Below are positions 41,093 to 52,282 of a stretch of DNA of 64,000 bases, one piece after another. Under the pieces are notes generated by a model. It had not been told where the DNA came from. It searched no databases and saw only the letters and a list, made by a program, of their open reading frames with translations. This stretch comes from Psammoneis japonica (taxonomy: Eukaryota), in assembly GCA_008632985.1 (NCBI GenBank), contig QPGO01000179.1:62001-126000 (forward strand), written 5' to 3'. Each line of letters begins with the position of its first letter. Within the stretch, counting starts at the first letter, position 1. The translations under genes and the position numbers were made by a program.

Positions 41093-41692
41093 GAATGGGA
41101 AGGAAAAAGAACTCGCCAAAGTCTCATTAAATGTAGGCTCTAGAGGTAGGGTAGCTTGCAGCGGTCGAGATGTGTGGCCCCGCCTTTCTGGGTCGGCCAT
41201 CAACAAACCACCTGTGCTCGAGTCGCATTTCGTACTCTCTCTTTCTCCTCTCAAACAAGCGAGTAGAGGTAGCGACCTGCAGGCTCTAGAGAGTAGACGG
41301 CCTATGGTCGGTACCAGCACGGACTCTCTACTCTCCACTAGCTAGCCACTACTACGGTACTAGCTACAGCTCTAGAGTAGAGAGTAGAGTAATGAATGGG
41401 AAGGAAAAAGAACTCGCCAAAGTCTCATTAAATGTAGGCTCTAGAGGTAGGGTAGCTTGCAGCGGTCGAGATGTGTGGCCCCGCCTTTCTGGGTCGGCCA
41501 TCAACAAACCACCTGTGCTCGAGTCGCATTTCGTACTCTCTCTTTCTCCTCTCAAACAAGCGAGTAGAGGTAGCGACCTGCAGGCTCTAGAGAGTAGACG
41601 GCCTATGGTCGGTACCAGCACGGACTCTCTACTCTCCACTAGCTAGCCACTACTACGGTACTCTAGCTACAGCTCTAGAGTAGAGAGTAGAG
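41093..41692. repeat. Near-perfect 301-bp tandem duplication rich in CTAG/TAGAG
   Basis: gaatgggaaggaaaaagaactcgcc... at 41093 and 41394; duplicated ORFs in the track. Confidence 0.92.
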
Positions 41693-41896
41693 CAGTCTCT
41701 AGAGAGCGAGCGAGGAGGTTAGAAGGCGGCCTGCATGGGCAGAAGCAGGATCAAATAATGTACTAAAAATAAACCAGACTGGTGCTACAAAAAGGAATCC
41801 CAAAGCGCAAAACTCGTGCACTGCACCATTCGAAAAGGGGTACGCCCCCACCTACCGCCCTCAACAACGGCTCTTTTCACTGCAACCAGGATGGCT

Positions 41897-44800
41897 TCAC
41901 CAGAGAGAGACACCCGGGTTTTCACGGCCAAACTTGCCCTTTAGGGCTTCAAAGAGGGTCGAAATAATGAGGGGTTTCTTGGTTCTATCGGTCATGCGCG
42001 AAGTCTCGTCTCCTTTTCCAAGAGCCACCAAGATACGTTTTGCGTCTTCCTTCGTCAGAAAATTGTAAATGAGGCCACTCTCCGCAAACATGGCATCGCG
42101 TTGGGCACGGTCCATGTCCACCCACACCACTGCAACAATCAATCGTAACACCTCCGCTTTGTTGGGCACCGCGTGCCACGCTTTTTGAATCATGCGAATG
42201 CGCTTGCGCCGCATCTTCTTGGCGACCTGGGCGGCCTTGGCGGCGACCTGGGCGGCGGCCTGCGCTTCGACAACCTGCGCCTCTTGAGTCAGAACCAGTT
42301 TATCCAGTTCGTCCTTCAACTGGGTATCACGAAAAATGGTCGCCACAATGGAACTGGTCGAAGCGCTCTCACCAACAAAGTTTATCAAAAGCTTCCGGTG
42401 CAGAGGGTCAAGCTTTACCGATACGTGGGCGATATCATCAATCACCGGCCGGATGAACTCGGACAGGTACCAAGCCTCTTCGATGACATTGGTGCCATCC
42501 TCGCGATCCTTGAACGCCTCTGCCAAGACCGCCTTGTTGCCCAAGAGCTGGGACTGAGGCGAATTCGCGTTTTCGCCAATGGGCTTGGGTTCAAGCTGGG
42601 GCTCGGGTTTGGGCTGGGGCTGGCTTGCCTCCAACACAACGGACTGCCCCTCACCAATGACGAGCCGGGGCGAAGCCTTTTCCGATGTTGTGGGTGATCC
42701 CTTGGTGCTGCTACCGCTGCGCACATGGGGCGAGTCGCCGGATCCGGCGGGCGTAGAAAAAGAAACGGTCTTGGGCGGTGACTTAGCGGTGCCGTCGGCC
42801 GGTTTCTCCACATTGCCAAGCTCCGAAGAGGTGGAGGATTTGAAAGTGCTTGGCGTACCATCATGAAAAAAGAAGCTTCCAGAACCGTCAGAAGAAGCTC
42901 TGGAGAAAGGCGTGTCCAACTCCACACCATTGCACAAGGCCCTGATACGATCGGCTTGAGGCGCGTTCTTCTCCAGACCATTGCCTTCCATGTTGAGCCG
43001 AGCCACCGTGACATCGTTGAGGAATGACTCCAATTTTTCGAAACCATCACCGTCCAGATCATTCGACGCAACATTCAGATATTCCATACCTGTAATTCCG
43101 GCTTCGCGGAGTCCGCACAGAACGTGTCCGAGACCCTCATTTCCGAGCTCCGTCTCGGCAACGTTCAGCTTGGTGATAGAAGGCTGGAGCTTCAGAAGTG
43201 CTCGAAAATGCTTGGCTCCCTCTGGGCCGAGCTCGTTGCCTTCAAAGCTGCACCCTACCAACCGATCACGCCCTGTGTACCCCATAGATTCAAAGAGTTG
43301 TTTGAAGTCTTGGGGGCCAAGGCCTACACCCGAAAGATTCAAATATTCGATTTGGCTTTTGCTGAGAACATATGAGAGATCGTTCACTTGATCGACACCC
43401 AAGTTAGCATCTGAAACGTCAATGGCCGTAATTTTGTTGGACGACCCACATTTGCTCGTCATCATGGCTAGCGCTTGAGTCATATAAGCCCAAACTTCCA
43501 TAGTATTCGACCCCCTGAGATTATGGAGATCGAGTTTCTCCAGATTTACCGCGTTCTCGACTACATTGGCAACGGCTTGGATGAAGGTACCATCAGCCTG
43601 GTCTTCCGCAGCCGCAATTTCGCCGACAGCCAACGACTTGAGGGACCCCGAAGTAACCTTTCCGAACACACGCGCAGCACTCGAACTGTGCAGACCCGCG
43701 TCCGTGAGTGACAAGACTTCGACTTTGTCTTTGGGTAAACGACCGAAGAACTTGGCAACATGCTTTGCCGCTTTGGGAGAGAGTGCGTTTCTCTCCAGAA
43801 AAACAGCTCTGAGCTTGGGTGCCTTGTCCAAGGCCCACAAAAGAATCTGCATAACTTGCGGACCCGTAGTCTCATTGGTGTGAGTCAAAGAAGCACTCAA
43901 GTCCACACTCTTGACAAACGGCCGCACATTCTCTTTCAAGAATTTCGCAATAATCTTGGCTCCTTCGGGAGTAACGGGGCAGCCAGAAAGAGTCAATGCG
44001 ACGACGACTAGCTTGTCCTTCTTTCCTTGTTCAACCTGCTCCGTCCATTGATCAAGTAGCTCATTTGCACCACTCTTGTCCACTGTACGACGGTCCGAAA
44101 GTCCTTCGAGGGTGATGCCGTTGGAGTAGTGCTCGGCATAACGGACATCGAAGGGCATGTCTCGGGCTTCATAGTATGCCGATACTTGCGAGCGCGCGGA
44201 TGTTTCCGAAGGTGCAGCAACTGGTTCAGCACTGGGGTCAATGAACAAACGAGGACGGTCGGACGGACCCGCAAACCGCTGGAATTGCTCCGCAAACTCG
44301 TCGCCCGGCTGTTCTTGACGACGACCCGAGGCTCCAAGCTGCTCAGGACGAGGCAAAACGCTTGGCTTGTAGCAGTTGTCGGGAATCAAGGCGGGAGGGC
44401 GGTCTTCGGATTCGTCACTAGGCTGCAATCGGAGGGCTTCTTGCCCCGACTTCGGATGGATAGAACGAGGCAAAGCGCTTGGTACGCCGCTCCCATGGCC
44501 ACCCGCTCTGGAACTTCCATGGAAAGGATCACAGGCTAGGGCGTCTTGCTGGAGTCGCATGGCAAGCTGGTAGTCCGACTCTTCTTGATTGGTGATAGGG
44601 CGGGTCCCGCCACCAAACGGCAATCCTGCTCGTCCTAGAGCAGTGGGACTCTCGTCGTAGCTTGACACAAGTCGGGCAAAAGGGTCACCAGAAGAGTGAG
44701 AATAGCCGTAGTTGTGGTTGAGCGTCTTGCCCACACTTCGGTCGTTGCGGCTGTAGTCATTACGGTTATCGTTCCGATTGTCATTACGGCGGTTATCGTT

Positions 44801-45229
44801 CCGATTGATTGAGCCGCCGAAGGCAACGCCGCTGACATTTAGACTGCCGCCATCTCGTACCTGGAAGACGTAAGGAGGTTGATCTTGATTCGAGGTCATC
44901 TCGTTTGCCGGTGCTACCCGAACTGCTGTCGGCACCACCACCGCTGGAGGTTGCTGCGCTGGCTGATTCGGCGCGTTCCGGAGACTCTCAAGCTTTTTCT
45001 TATCACGATGAGTACCGTACCATTCTGAGACCTTTTTCTTGTTTTTGGCGTGGTTTGGCTTGTCTTCGCGAGTAAAAGCCCGAACAGCCTCGAATCGGTC
45101 TCGGTTATCGTCCAAGATTTTGGTAATCCCGTAGTGACTCGGTTTGTTGTAATTCTCAGAAACCATTAGCGTGAGTTCCTTTAAAACATCATCAGTCCAC
45201 TCGTCTGCCTTGTCTGCGGTGTCGCTCAT
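41897..45229 (-). CDS. 1110-aa protein with a low-complexity N-terminus and an RNI-like leucine-rich repeat domain
   Basis: Uninterrupted ORF from MSDTADK; LRRs such as IEYLNLSGVGLGPQD, FEGNELGPEGAKHF, ITKLNVAETELGNEG, MEYLNVASNDLDGDG. Confidence 0.85.
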   Translation of the reverse strand: MSDTADKADEWTDDVLKELTLMVSENYNKPSHYGITKILDDNRDRFEAVRAFTREDKPNHAKNKKKVSEWYGTHRDKKKLESLRNAPNQPAQQPPAVVVPTAVRVAPANEMTSNQDQPPYVFQVRDGGSLNVSGVAFGGSINRNDNRRNDNRNDNRNDYSRNDRSVGKTLNHNYGYSHSSGDPFARLVSSYDESPTALGRAGLPFGGGTRPITNQEESDYQLAMRLQQDALACDPFHGSSRAGGHGSGVPSALPRSIHPKSGQEALRLQPSDESEDRPPALIPDNCYKPSVLPRPEQLGASGRRQEQPGDEFAEQFQRFAGPSDRPRLFIDPSAEPVAAPSETSARSQVSAYYEARDMPFDVRYAEHYSNGITLEGLSDRRTVDKSGANELLDQWTEQVEQGKKDKLVVVALTLSGCPVTPEGAKIIAKFLKENVRPFVKSVDLSASLTHTNETTGPQVMQILLWALDKAPKLRAVFLERNALSPKAAKHVAKFFGRLPKDKVEVLSLTDAGLHSSSAARVFGKVTSGSLKSLAVGEIAAAEDQADGTFIQAVANVVENAVNLEKLDLHNLRGSNTMEVWAYMTQALAMMTSKCGSSNKITAIDVSDANLGVDQVNDLSYVLSKSQIEYLNLSGVGLGPQDFKQLFESMGYTGRDRLVGCSFEGNELGPEGAKHFRALLKLQPSITKLNVAETELGNEGLGHVLCGLREAGITGMEYLNVASNDLDGDGFEKLESFLNDVTVARLNMEGNGLEKNAPQADRIRALCNGVELDTPFSRASSDGSGSFFFHDGTPSTFKSSTSSELGNVEKPADGTAKSPPKTVSFSTPAGSGDSPHVRSGSSTKGSPTTSEKASPRLVIGEGQSVVLEASQPQPKPEPQLEPKPIGENANSPQSQLLGNKAVLAEAFKDREDGTNVIEEAWYLSEFIRPVIDDIAHVSVKLDPLHRKLLINFVGESASTSSIVATIFRDTQLKDELDKLVLTQEAQVVEAQAAAQVAAKAAQVAKKMRRKRIRMIQKAWHAVPNKAEVLRLIVAVVWVDMDRAQRDAMFAESGLIYNFLTKEDAKRILVALGKGDETSRMTDRTKKPLIISTLFEALKGKFGRENPGVSLW

Positions 45230-47112
45230 CTTGAAGATAGATACAGTGATAGTAGTCGTAGGAGTAGGAACCGAAAGCAACAACAACGCGAGATTATGAT
45301 TGTGTTCAGCAATGGCGGCGCTGTCGCTGCAAAGCACACAAACGGTCGGAGTTGTTTGGGTGCAAGACTAGATGGTCTTGGGAGGCGCTTCGTAAGAGTG
45401 GGTATTGGACGGAGTAGCCCAAAATAGTCCGAACGGAAAAAAATTGGAGGGAAAATCTGTTGCCTCTCCTATGTAATTTCCGTTGGTTCGCATTGAAATG
45501 ATTCAAATTGAATCGGATAATTCCTCCACACGACCAATCTGAGTTTGAACGGACTTATGAGACGCCGAGTATCAGACGAGGAAGGGCAAATTTTTCCGAA
45601 CGGAAAGAAAATGGAGGGAAATCTCTAAGAGATTGAGCACTCCGAAGATGCGATCAAAATGCAAATTGTCCTGCGGACGTATGTCGACGTAGCTGCGGTA
45701 GACGGAGCAACCCAGACTCAAACATTTATGAGGTCTTGTTTTGAAACGAAATACTTGAATATGTGTATGTAAATTGAGTATGAGATAATAAGAGAGATTT
45801 GTTTGTGTGGATGACGCAGAATCATCTAAACACAAGCGAACATAAAATTATTCAGATCATAGTTGATCAATAGAAAAATTTTGGTGGAACCGCCAAAACG
45901 GTCAAACATATAAATATCAAAAGAAATGAATAAAATAATGTTTGATGAAAACCCCTCATGGCGGTGCGCGCGTACGTACCGCACGTACGTGGAATCGTCG
46001 TCCGTCGTGCGCTACTATCGCTCGCGCGGTGACACTCCAAGAGCACGGCCGCCCACAAGATATCCTCTTATTGTGCTTGGCCCATCGTCTTGGCTACATA
46101 CTTCTACAAGTAAAACGAATGTCATGAATGAAGGACACTCATGTTGTAAAGCTTTAACGGGCCGGCTCACGATTGTGTGAAACATGTTAAACAAAACGTT
46201 TGGAGTAACTTTGTTGGGCGATGACTATTTTGGAAGGCTAAAGGACAAACCATCAAGTCCCATTTTGCCGTCGATTTGTCCAACCGCGAGAAGGAGCACG
46301 GTTTGACCTACACCATTGGATGAGTCGACGGCATCACGCAAGATCGACTTTGTAAGAAGGTGCGCAAGCACAAGAAGATGCAGAAACGTCTGCAGCATGA
46401 GAGACGTCTAGAAGCTTCACTGGGAACGACCATCCAAGACTTTCAACAACCTCACTTTAGATCAATTGAATCCCGCTATTTTGTCATTCCATCCTACCCA
46501 TCCGTTGACAACAACCAATCAAATCATTCCATCTAGCCACATTCCCATTAAAAAAAAACAATCACCACCTTTGAGGGCAGGCGAACCCTAACTAACAGAG
46601 ATTCGGGTCATAGCACGTCGAGTGGCACCCCCTTCCTTGGAGATGCCACTCTCAGTCTCACCGGGGAACCACCCCTTGGCTCTCGTAGGCCGTCTTGCAG
46701 AAAAAAAACCGAGGCGCTGCTGCAGTCAGCCACCTCGATGGTTGCTCGTAATTGTTAGAGGCGAGAGCAACCTCGTCTACCCTTGATATCGGGACTTTTC
46801 CCAAAAGTGGTAGAACAAGAGAGAAGGTTCTCCAATGGAATAGCGAAGGTAACGACTTGCGTGTAGTGCTGTGTGGCACGATGGAGTTACCAAGTTAAGT
46901 TTTGTAACCCAGCAAACAGCAACTGTCCCATGGTTCCGACATGTCGTACTTGTTGGTAGGAATTGAAAGGACTCTCTTGTCCATTCTAAAGAATGGGACA
47001 CCCACAATGAGTCCGACAAACAATCTTGCTTACCGTGCTCGTGCAACACACAGTAATATTCACAGAGGCTGCCTTTTTTACTTGACGGGAGCTTCTTCAC
47101 GGCCCAACTAGG

Positions 47113-48052
47113 TTCTATCATCATTAATGTCAAAAAGACCTGATTGTTTGATCACCGAAGGAGATACTTTTAAATGGATCTTTCAGGCTTTCAAACACAG
47201 CCCTGGGTTGTTGATTCAAACGAAAGACGCCCATGATCGGTTTGTCAACTATCACGTAGCCTGAGCACCTATGGATGCAACTTCCAATGTAAAAATACAA
47301 TGGAAACGCCACGAAGAAATGTTGTAAACAGAACTTCAGGACAAAAGCTACCGAGTCGTACCAACACCGTTCACAGCCGCTATTGTTGTTTCTGTTTTCT
47401 GTAACGTTCATCGAAGCAGTTCCGCTAAAGTTCTTACGCGTCCTATAGAACACGTTATCAATGACTATGTCAATGACACTGCCGCAAAGATATAATCTTT
47501 CAGGCAAAAGCAACTGGCGTAATACAACGACAACGCAACGCAACGAAACAAAAGCAATAACAACAATAGCAATGTCGTCTCCAAATTCTTTCCACAGCAC
47601 CTGCCTTCTATCATCTTTAATGTCAAAAGACCTGACGCCGAAGGAGATACTTTTAAATGGATCTTTCGGGGTTTCAAACACAGCCCTGGGTTGTTGATTC
47701 AAACGAAAGACGCCCATGATCGGTTTGTCAACTATCACGTAGCCTGAGCACCTATGGATGAAACTTCCAATGTAAAAATACAATGGAAACGCCACGAAGT
47801 AATGTTGTAAACAGAACTTCAGGACGAAAGCTACCAAGTCGTACCAACACCGTTCACTGCCGCTATTTTTGTTTCTGTTTTCTGTAACGTTCATCGAAGC
47901 AGTTCCGCTAAAGTTCTTACGCGTCCTATAGAACACGTTATCAATGACTATGTCAATGACACTGCCGCAAAGATATAATCTTTCAGGCAAAAGCAACTGG
48001 CGTAATACAACGACAACGCAACGAAACAAAAACATAACAACAACAGCAATGC
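47113..48052. repeat. ~490-bp tandem duplication, highly similar copies
   Basis: tctatcatc.ttaatgtcaaaa..gaaggagatactttt... at about 47113 and 47607. Confidence 0.9.
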
Positions 48053-48461
48053 CAAGTACAAAGTACGTGGGATCGTTACTTCAGAAATAAAGAGTGAACC
48101 TGCGAGAGAGTTTCAAGATCCACAACAAGTATTTCGCAACAACGATTGCCATCTAACCATTAGAGGCGTTCAGCAGTCCTTTTAAGATCACTTTTTGAAA
48201 TTCGCTGTCGTGGAAGGTCATTCGTTAAATGCCATGCCTCTGTGTGCGACATTTTACCACACCGCACATGCGGTAGAGGACATAAGGGCTAAAAATGTTA
48301 TACCGCACATAGAGACGAGTCCATTATATTTAGCAGACCGCCCGGTCCGGACCGGCCCCGGACCGGTCTGGTGACGTAGGGCCTTAAGTAATTTTGTAGA
48401 AATAATCCTATTATTTTACAAAAGACCTGTATAAACAATTAAAGTTATTTCACTAGGCTCA

Positions 48462-51400
48462 GCACGTGACGTCAACATTGCACACCACGCAGCGCCGGAC
48501 ATCGGGATTCCATCTCAGGATTCCCTTTCAAGTGGCTTCGCTGCAAACCACGCTCGAGAAGAACAACCACAACAACAACAGCACCGCCGTCGTTGTCGGC
48601 GTCGTCAGCCTGTTCTGCATTGCATCATAACGACCGGTCCAAAATGCCGAGTGCCCCTGTTGTCAATTCCACAGAGCCACTCTTGGGATGGCTGCAATGG
48701 GGGCTTCCAATGAGCTCACCTCTGACGCTTTTGCTCAGCAGTCAAGATTGGTGCGTGGCATGCACGATGACCTTGGCGACAAAGACTGCAACACGAAGAA
48801 AGCAATGAAGGTGTAAGTTTTAATTAAACCCTTGTCACACCTGCATTTTGATGATGTGTTTTAATTAAAGTTTTTGTCTGACCCCCCCCCCTGTTTCAAC
48901 CAAATTGTTCTGGCAGACATGAGAGCCAGTTCTGCGCAATGTGCGACCACAAGCATGCCTCATTGGGAGACACCAAGCGTTTGATTGATGAGCAAAAAGC
49001 CTTCATTCACCTGTTCCATTGTGCCTTTTGCCCACAAAAGAAGAGGGGCAGGGCAAACAAGGGAGAGACCAGGCCAATCTTTGATGCGGAGCTGTTTGAA
49101 AGGGTGATGGCCAGCAATCCCTTGACTGATGCAGTGGACATTCCAAACGAGACTGAATTGCTTGACCAGATGGAAGCTGGTGTCAGTGAACCCAACAAGC
49201 TGTGCCAGTGGGATGTCATCAACCAGGCTTGTGCATCTCTCAGACGACTCTTTGTTTGTCAACTTGAAACGCACGGCAGAAATCCTGCTGTGTTGCTTCG
49301 TTGTGAAAATTCCAGCCACATCAAACATCTTAAGAGGCTTGTCAAGTCCAGGAAAGCACAAGAGAAATGGAAACGGATGGATGAGAAGGCGAGTCTTAAT
49401 TGAGGTGTGTTTCGAAGTTTTGTTTGAAACCGCTGACCTGTGCTGTGTTGTCCACCTCAAACCCGGTCAGGTTTCTGGCGACGTGTCACCCTGCCTGGCC
49501 CATGAGCGTTTCCCAGAGTTGGAGGAGGGTTGCTGGGAACATTCTTCTGGGACATTGCTGAATGGAACAGGCCTGCCTGATGCTCATCATGCAGATGTTC
49601 ACAGGCAAAACCAATGGTGAAAGCACGCTTTTTGGCCATGTCATGCGACACAGAGATGTGAGAATGGACTCCATTGGTGCATTGGGTCTTTATCTGCTCG
49701 GTGCGCATCCAACCATGTCTGATTGTTTTTGCTTTACAAAACGTTTTAATTGAACAAACTGTTGCTGCAATCCTTTTGAACACAGGATGCTTTGAGATCA
49801 GCAAGGAATGGGAGAAGATTGATCTCAAATGGAAGGAAACATGGTGGAACATCAAGCTCCTTGTGGATGTTCATGAGGCTGGCACATCCTCTGGAGACAG
49901 TGCCGATTCACCCAACACGCAGCGCATGTCTCAATCATCTTACACTGCTTGGTTTGATCATTTGAAAGAACGGCTTGACCTGCTCATCAACTGCAGTTTG
50001 CACTTTGGACGTGTTGGAGGCACAGTTGAGTTAGAGTTGGAGGAGCTGGAGTCTCATCTCATTGAAGCTCTTGGAAATTGGGACCCAAGTGTGTTTGATG
50101 CTTGCTGCTCCACAAAGCTGCCCTTGAAGGTGAGTCGTTGCACTTGTGGTGTGGCCCGTTTCACTTTTAATTAAAACTCACATTTTGTTTCAACCAAACA
50201 TTTCCAGGCAATGAGGGTTGCAGCTGGCTTTGCAAAGGAGCCTGGAACCCACTTTGTTTCGCGTGCCCTCTGTCAGCCTTCAGATGAATTGCAGAAGGAG
50301 ATCTTTCCTTGGCTGGAAGGCATGGCGGAAGGAGTGAATTGCCGGGAGCACCCCACGGCACATGCCTTTGTTGGACTCTTGAAACAGTTGCGTGTTGTCA
50401 TCCTCCAAGATGTGGCTGCGTTGATGCTGCTGGGCCGCACCCACGCCTTGTTTGAGCTTCCTGTTTTCATGTCAGCTGGATTTTTGTCATTTAAGGATCA
50501 AATGAAGGTTTGCTTGGAAAAGGCACCCCCTTGCCCTGATGCTGGAGAGATCCGTGGGGTCTCGGAGCAGATTCAAAACTTGCACCAGGACAACCGATGC
50601 AGCCACCAGGAGTTGTTGTCCGCAGTCAATGGGTCCATTGACTGCCATGGAATGATGATGAACAATTTTGCCTTTGCCATTAGAAATTTGCTGCGTGCAG
50701 CTGGAAACGAGTTCAATGATTTGACCCTGGAGCGGTCTCCTCCACTGACTGGGCAGCCATCACAGCAGTCAGCAATTGGTGAGTGCTGAGTGTCATGCTG
50801 TTTTGATTGAACATCATTTTAAATGTTGTTTCAATTGAACATTGTTGTGACGAATTTGCATGTTTTGTTGAAATCATTTGCAGCCAAAGGCATGGTGCCA
50901 GCAGCAGGTGCACAGTCTCCCAGCACACAGTCTCCCAGTGCACAGTCTCCCAGCCCCGGTGTGATTGGCTTTCGACCCCCCAAGTCAAAGGACACAGATT
51001 TGGTTCAGATGTTTGACTTCTTTGAGGGAAATGCTCCTCCTTTCACTTCTGGCAATGGAGCCAGGCATTTGGAGGAGGACACATCATGGCATTCAGCATG
51101 GGAGGAGAAGGACAAAAGGGCCCTTCGTGTTGGAAGCAGCTGATGGACATTGTGAACAAAGTGCCAGTTGAGAACTCAGCACACCCTCAAGTTCCAGTCA
51201 TTGCCAAGTTGAGTGCTTTTTGTGTCAAAGATTGCAACAAGGCATTGACAACAGCTTTGAAGAAGTTCCCTGAACAACAGCGGCACTTCGCTTGCCCTTG
51301 CCCGCCTTGGCGCTGCTTGCAGCAGTGCCAGTGGCAGTGCTTTTGCTGCCCTTGCCCTTGCCAGCCTTGGCACTGCTTGCAGCAGCACTGGTGGCAGCAC

Positions 51401-52282
51401 CCTTGCCCTTCCCAGCCTTGGCGCTGCTTGCAGCAGCACTGGTGGCAGTGTTTTTGCCGCCCTTGCCCTTGCCAGCCTTGGCACTGCTTGCAGCAGCGCC
51501 AGCGGCAGTGTTTTTGCCGCCCTTGCCCTTGCCAGCCTTGGCGCTGCTTGCAGCAGTGCCAGTGGCAGCATTTTTGCCACCCTTGCCCTTGCCAGCCTTG
51601 GCGCTGCTTGCAGCAGCACCAGTGGCAGCATTTTTGCCTCCCTTGCCCTTGCCAGCCTTGGCACTGCTTGCAGCAGCACCAGTGGCAACATTTTTGCCGC
51701 CCTTGCCCTTGTCAGCCTTGGCACTGCTTGCAGCAGCAAAGGCGGTGGTGTTTTTGCCACCCTTGCCCTTGCCAGCCTTGGCGGAATCCTTGTTGGCCTT
51801 GAGGGGTGTGGCATTGCGGGCGCTCTTCCTTGTGGGCTCAACGGCAGCATTGACAGGGGTGGCCTTCCTCTGTGCACGCAGAGAGAGCAAAGGTTTTAAT
51901 TAAAGAAGATTCACTTAAAACAGGTCACCGGGCATTTCATTTAAAACAGGTCACCGCGCTTGTGTCACCACGTGACACAAGCAAGACAGGAAACAGACCG
52001 GCCCAATTAAGACGGACACACACACAACAGACACACCTTGCCGTCCGGCTTGTTGCTGCCATCAGGAGCAGCACCCGTCATCGTGGAGTCCCTTGGTGCT
52101 TCTTCAGAACTCTCTTTTTCTTTTGACAGGTGTGGTCCGGTGTTGGCAGAGGGCGACAACAAGAGAGATGGTGAGAGGGAGGTGATGTTGTGTCTTTGAT
52201 GGTTTGATTGGTGTGAGCATTGGATGCACGAGAACAGAATCTTCAAGTCGTGGTTGCGTGGGCGCACGATGACGTCACGTGC
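48462..52282 (+). mobile_element. Crypton-like tyrosine-recombinase element (Ndc10 domain II-like), intron-containing, TpA-converted
   Basis: GKTN..RHRDV..IGALGLYLL; HFGR..LGNW..FDACCSTKLP (expected catalytic Tyr is Cys); AMRVAAGF..IFPWLE..AFVGLLKQLRVVILQD; introns such as 50130-50207; inverted repeat gcacgtgacgtca at 48462 and 52270-52282. Confidence 0.75.
51292..51781 (-). repeat. 60-bp minisatellite (~8 units) encoding a Lys/Ala/Gly repeat on the minus strand
   Basis: Unit ccttgcccttgccagccttggc.ctgcttgcagcag..; translates as AAASSAKAGKGKGGKNAATG repeats in ORF 51225-51890. Confidence 0.9.

Noticed and set aside
47130..48035. 301-aa hydrophobic ORF
   Set aside because: It spans a tandem duplication, has no recognisable domain, and is probably spurious.
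51086..51802. Cys/Trp/Gln-rich metallothionein-like ORF
   Set aside because: It is an alternative frame of the 60-bp minisatellite in stop-depleted DNA.
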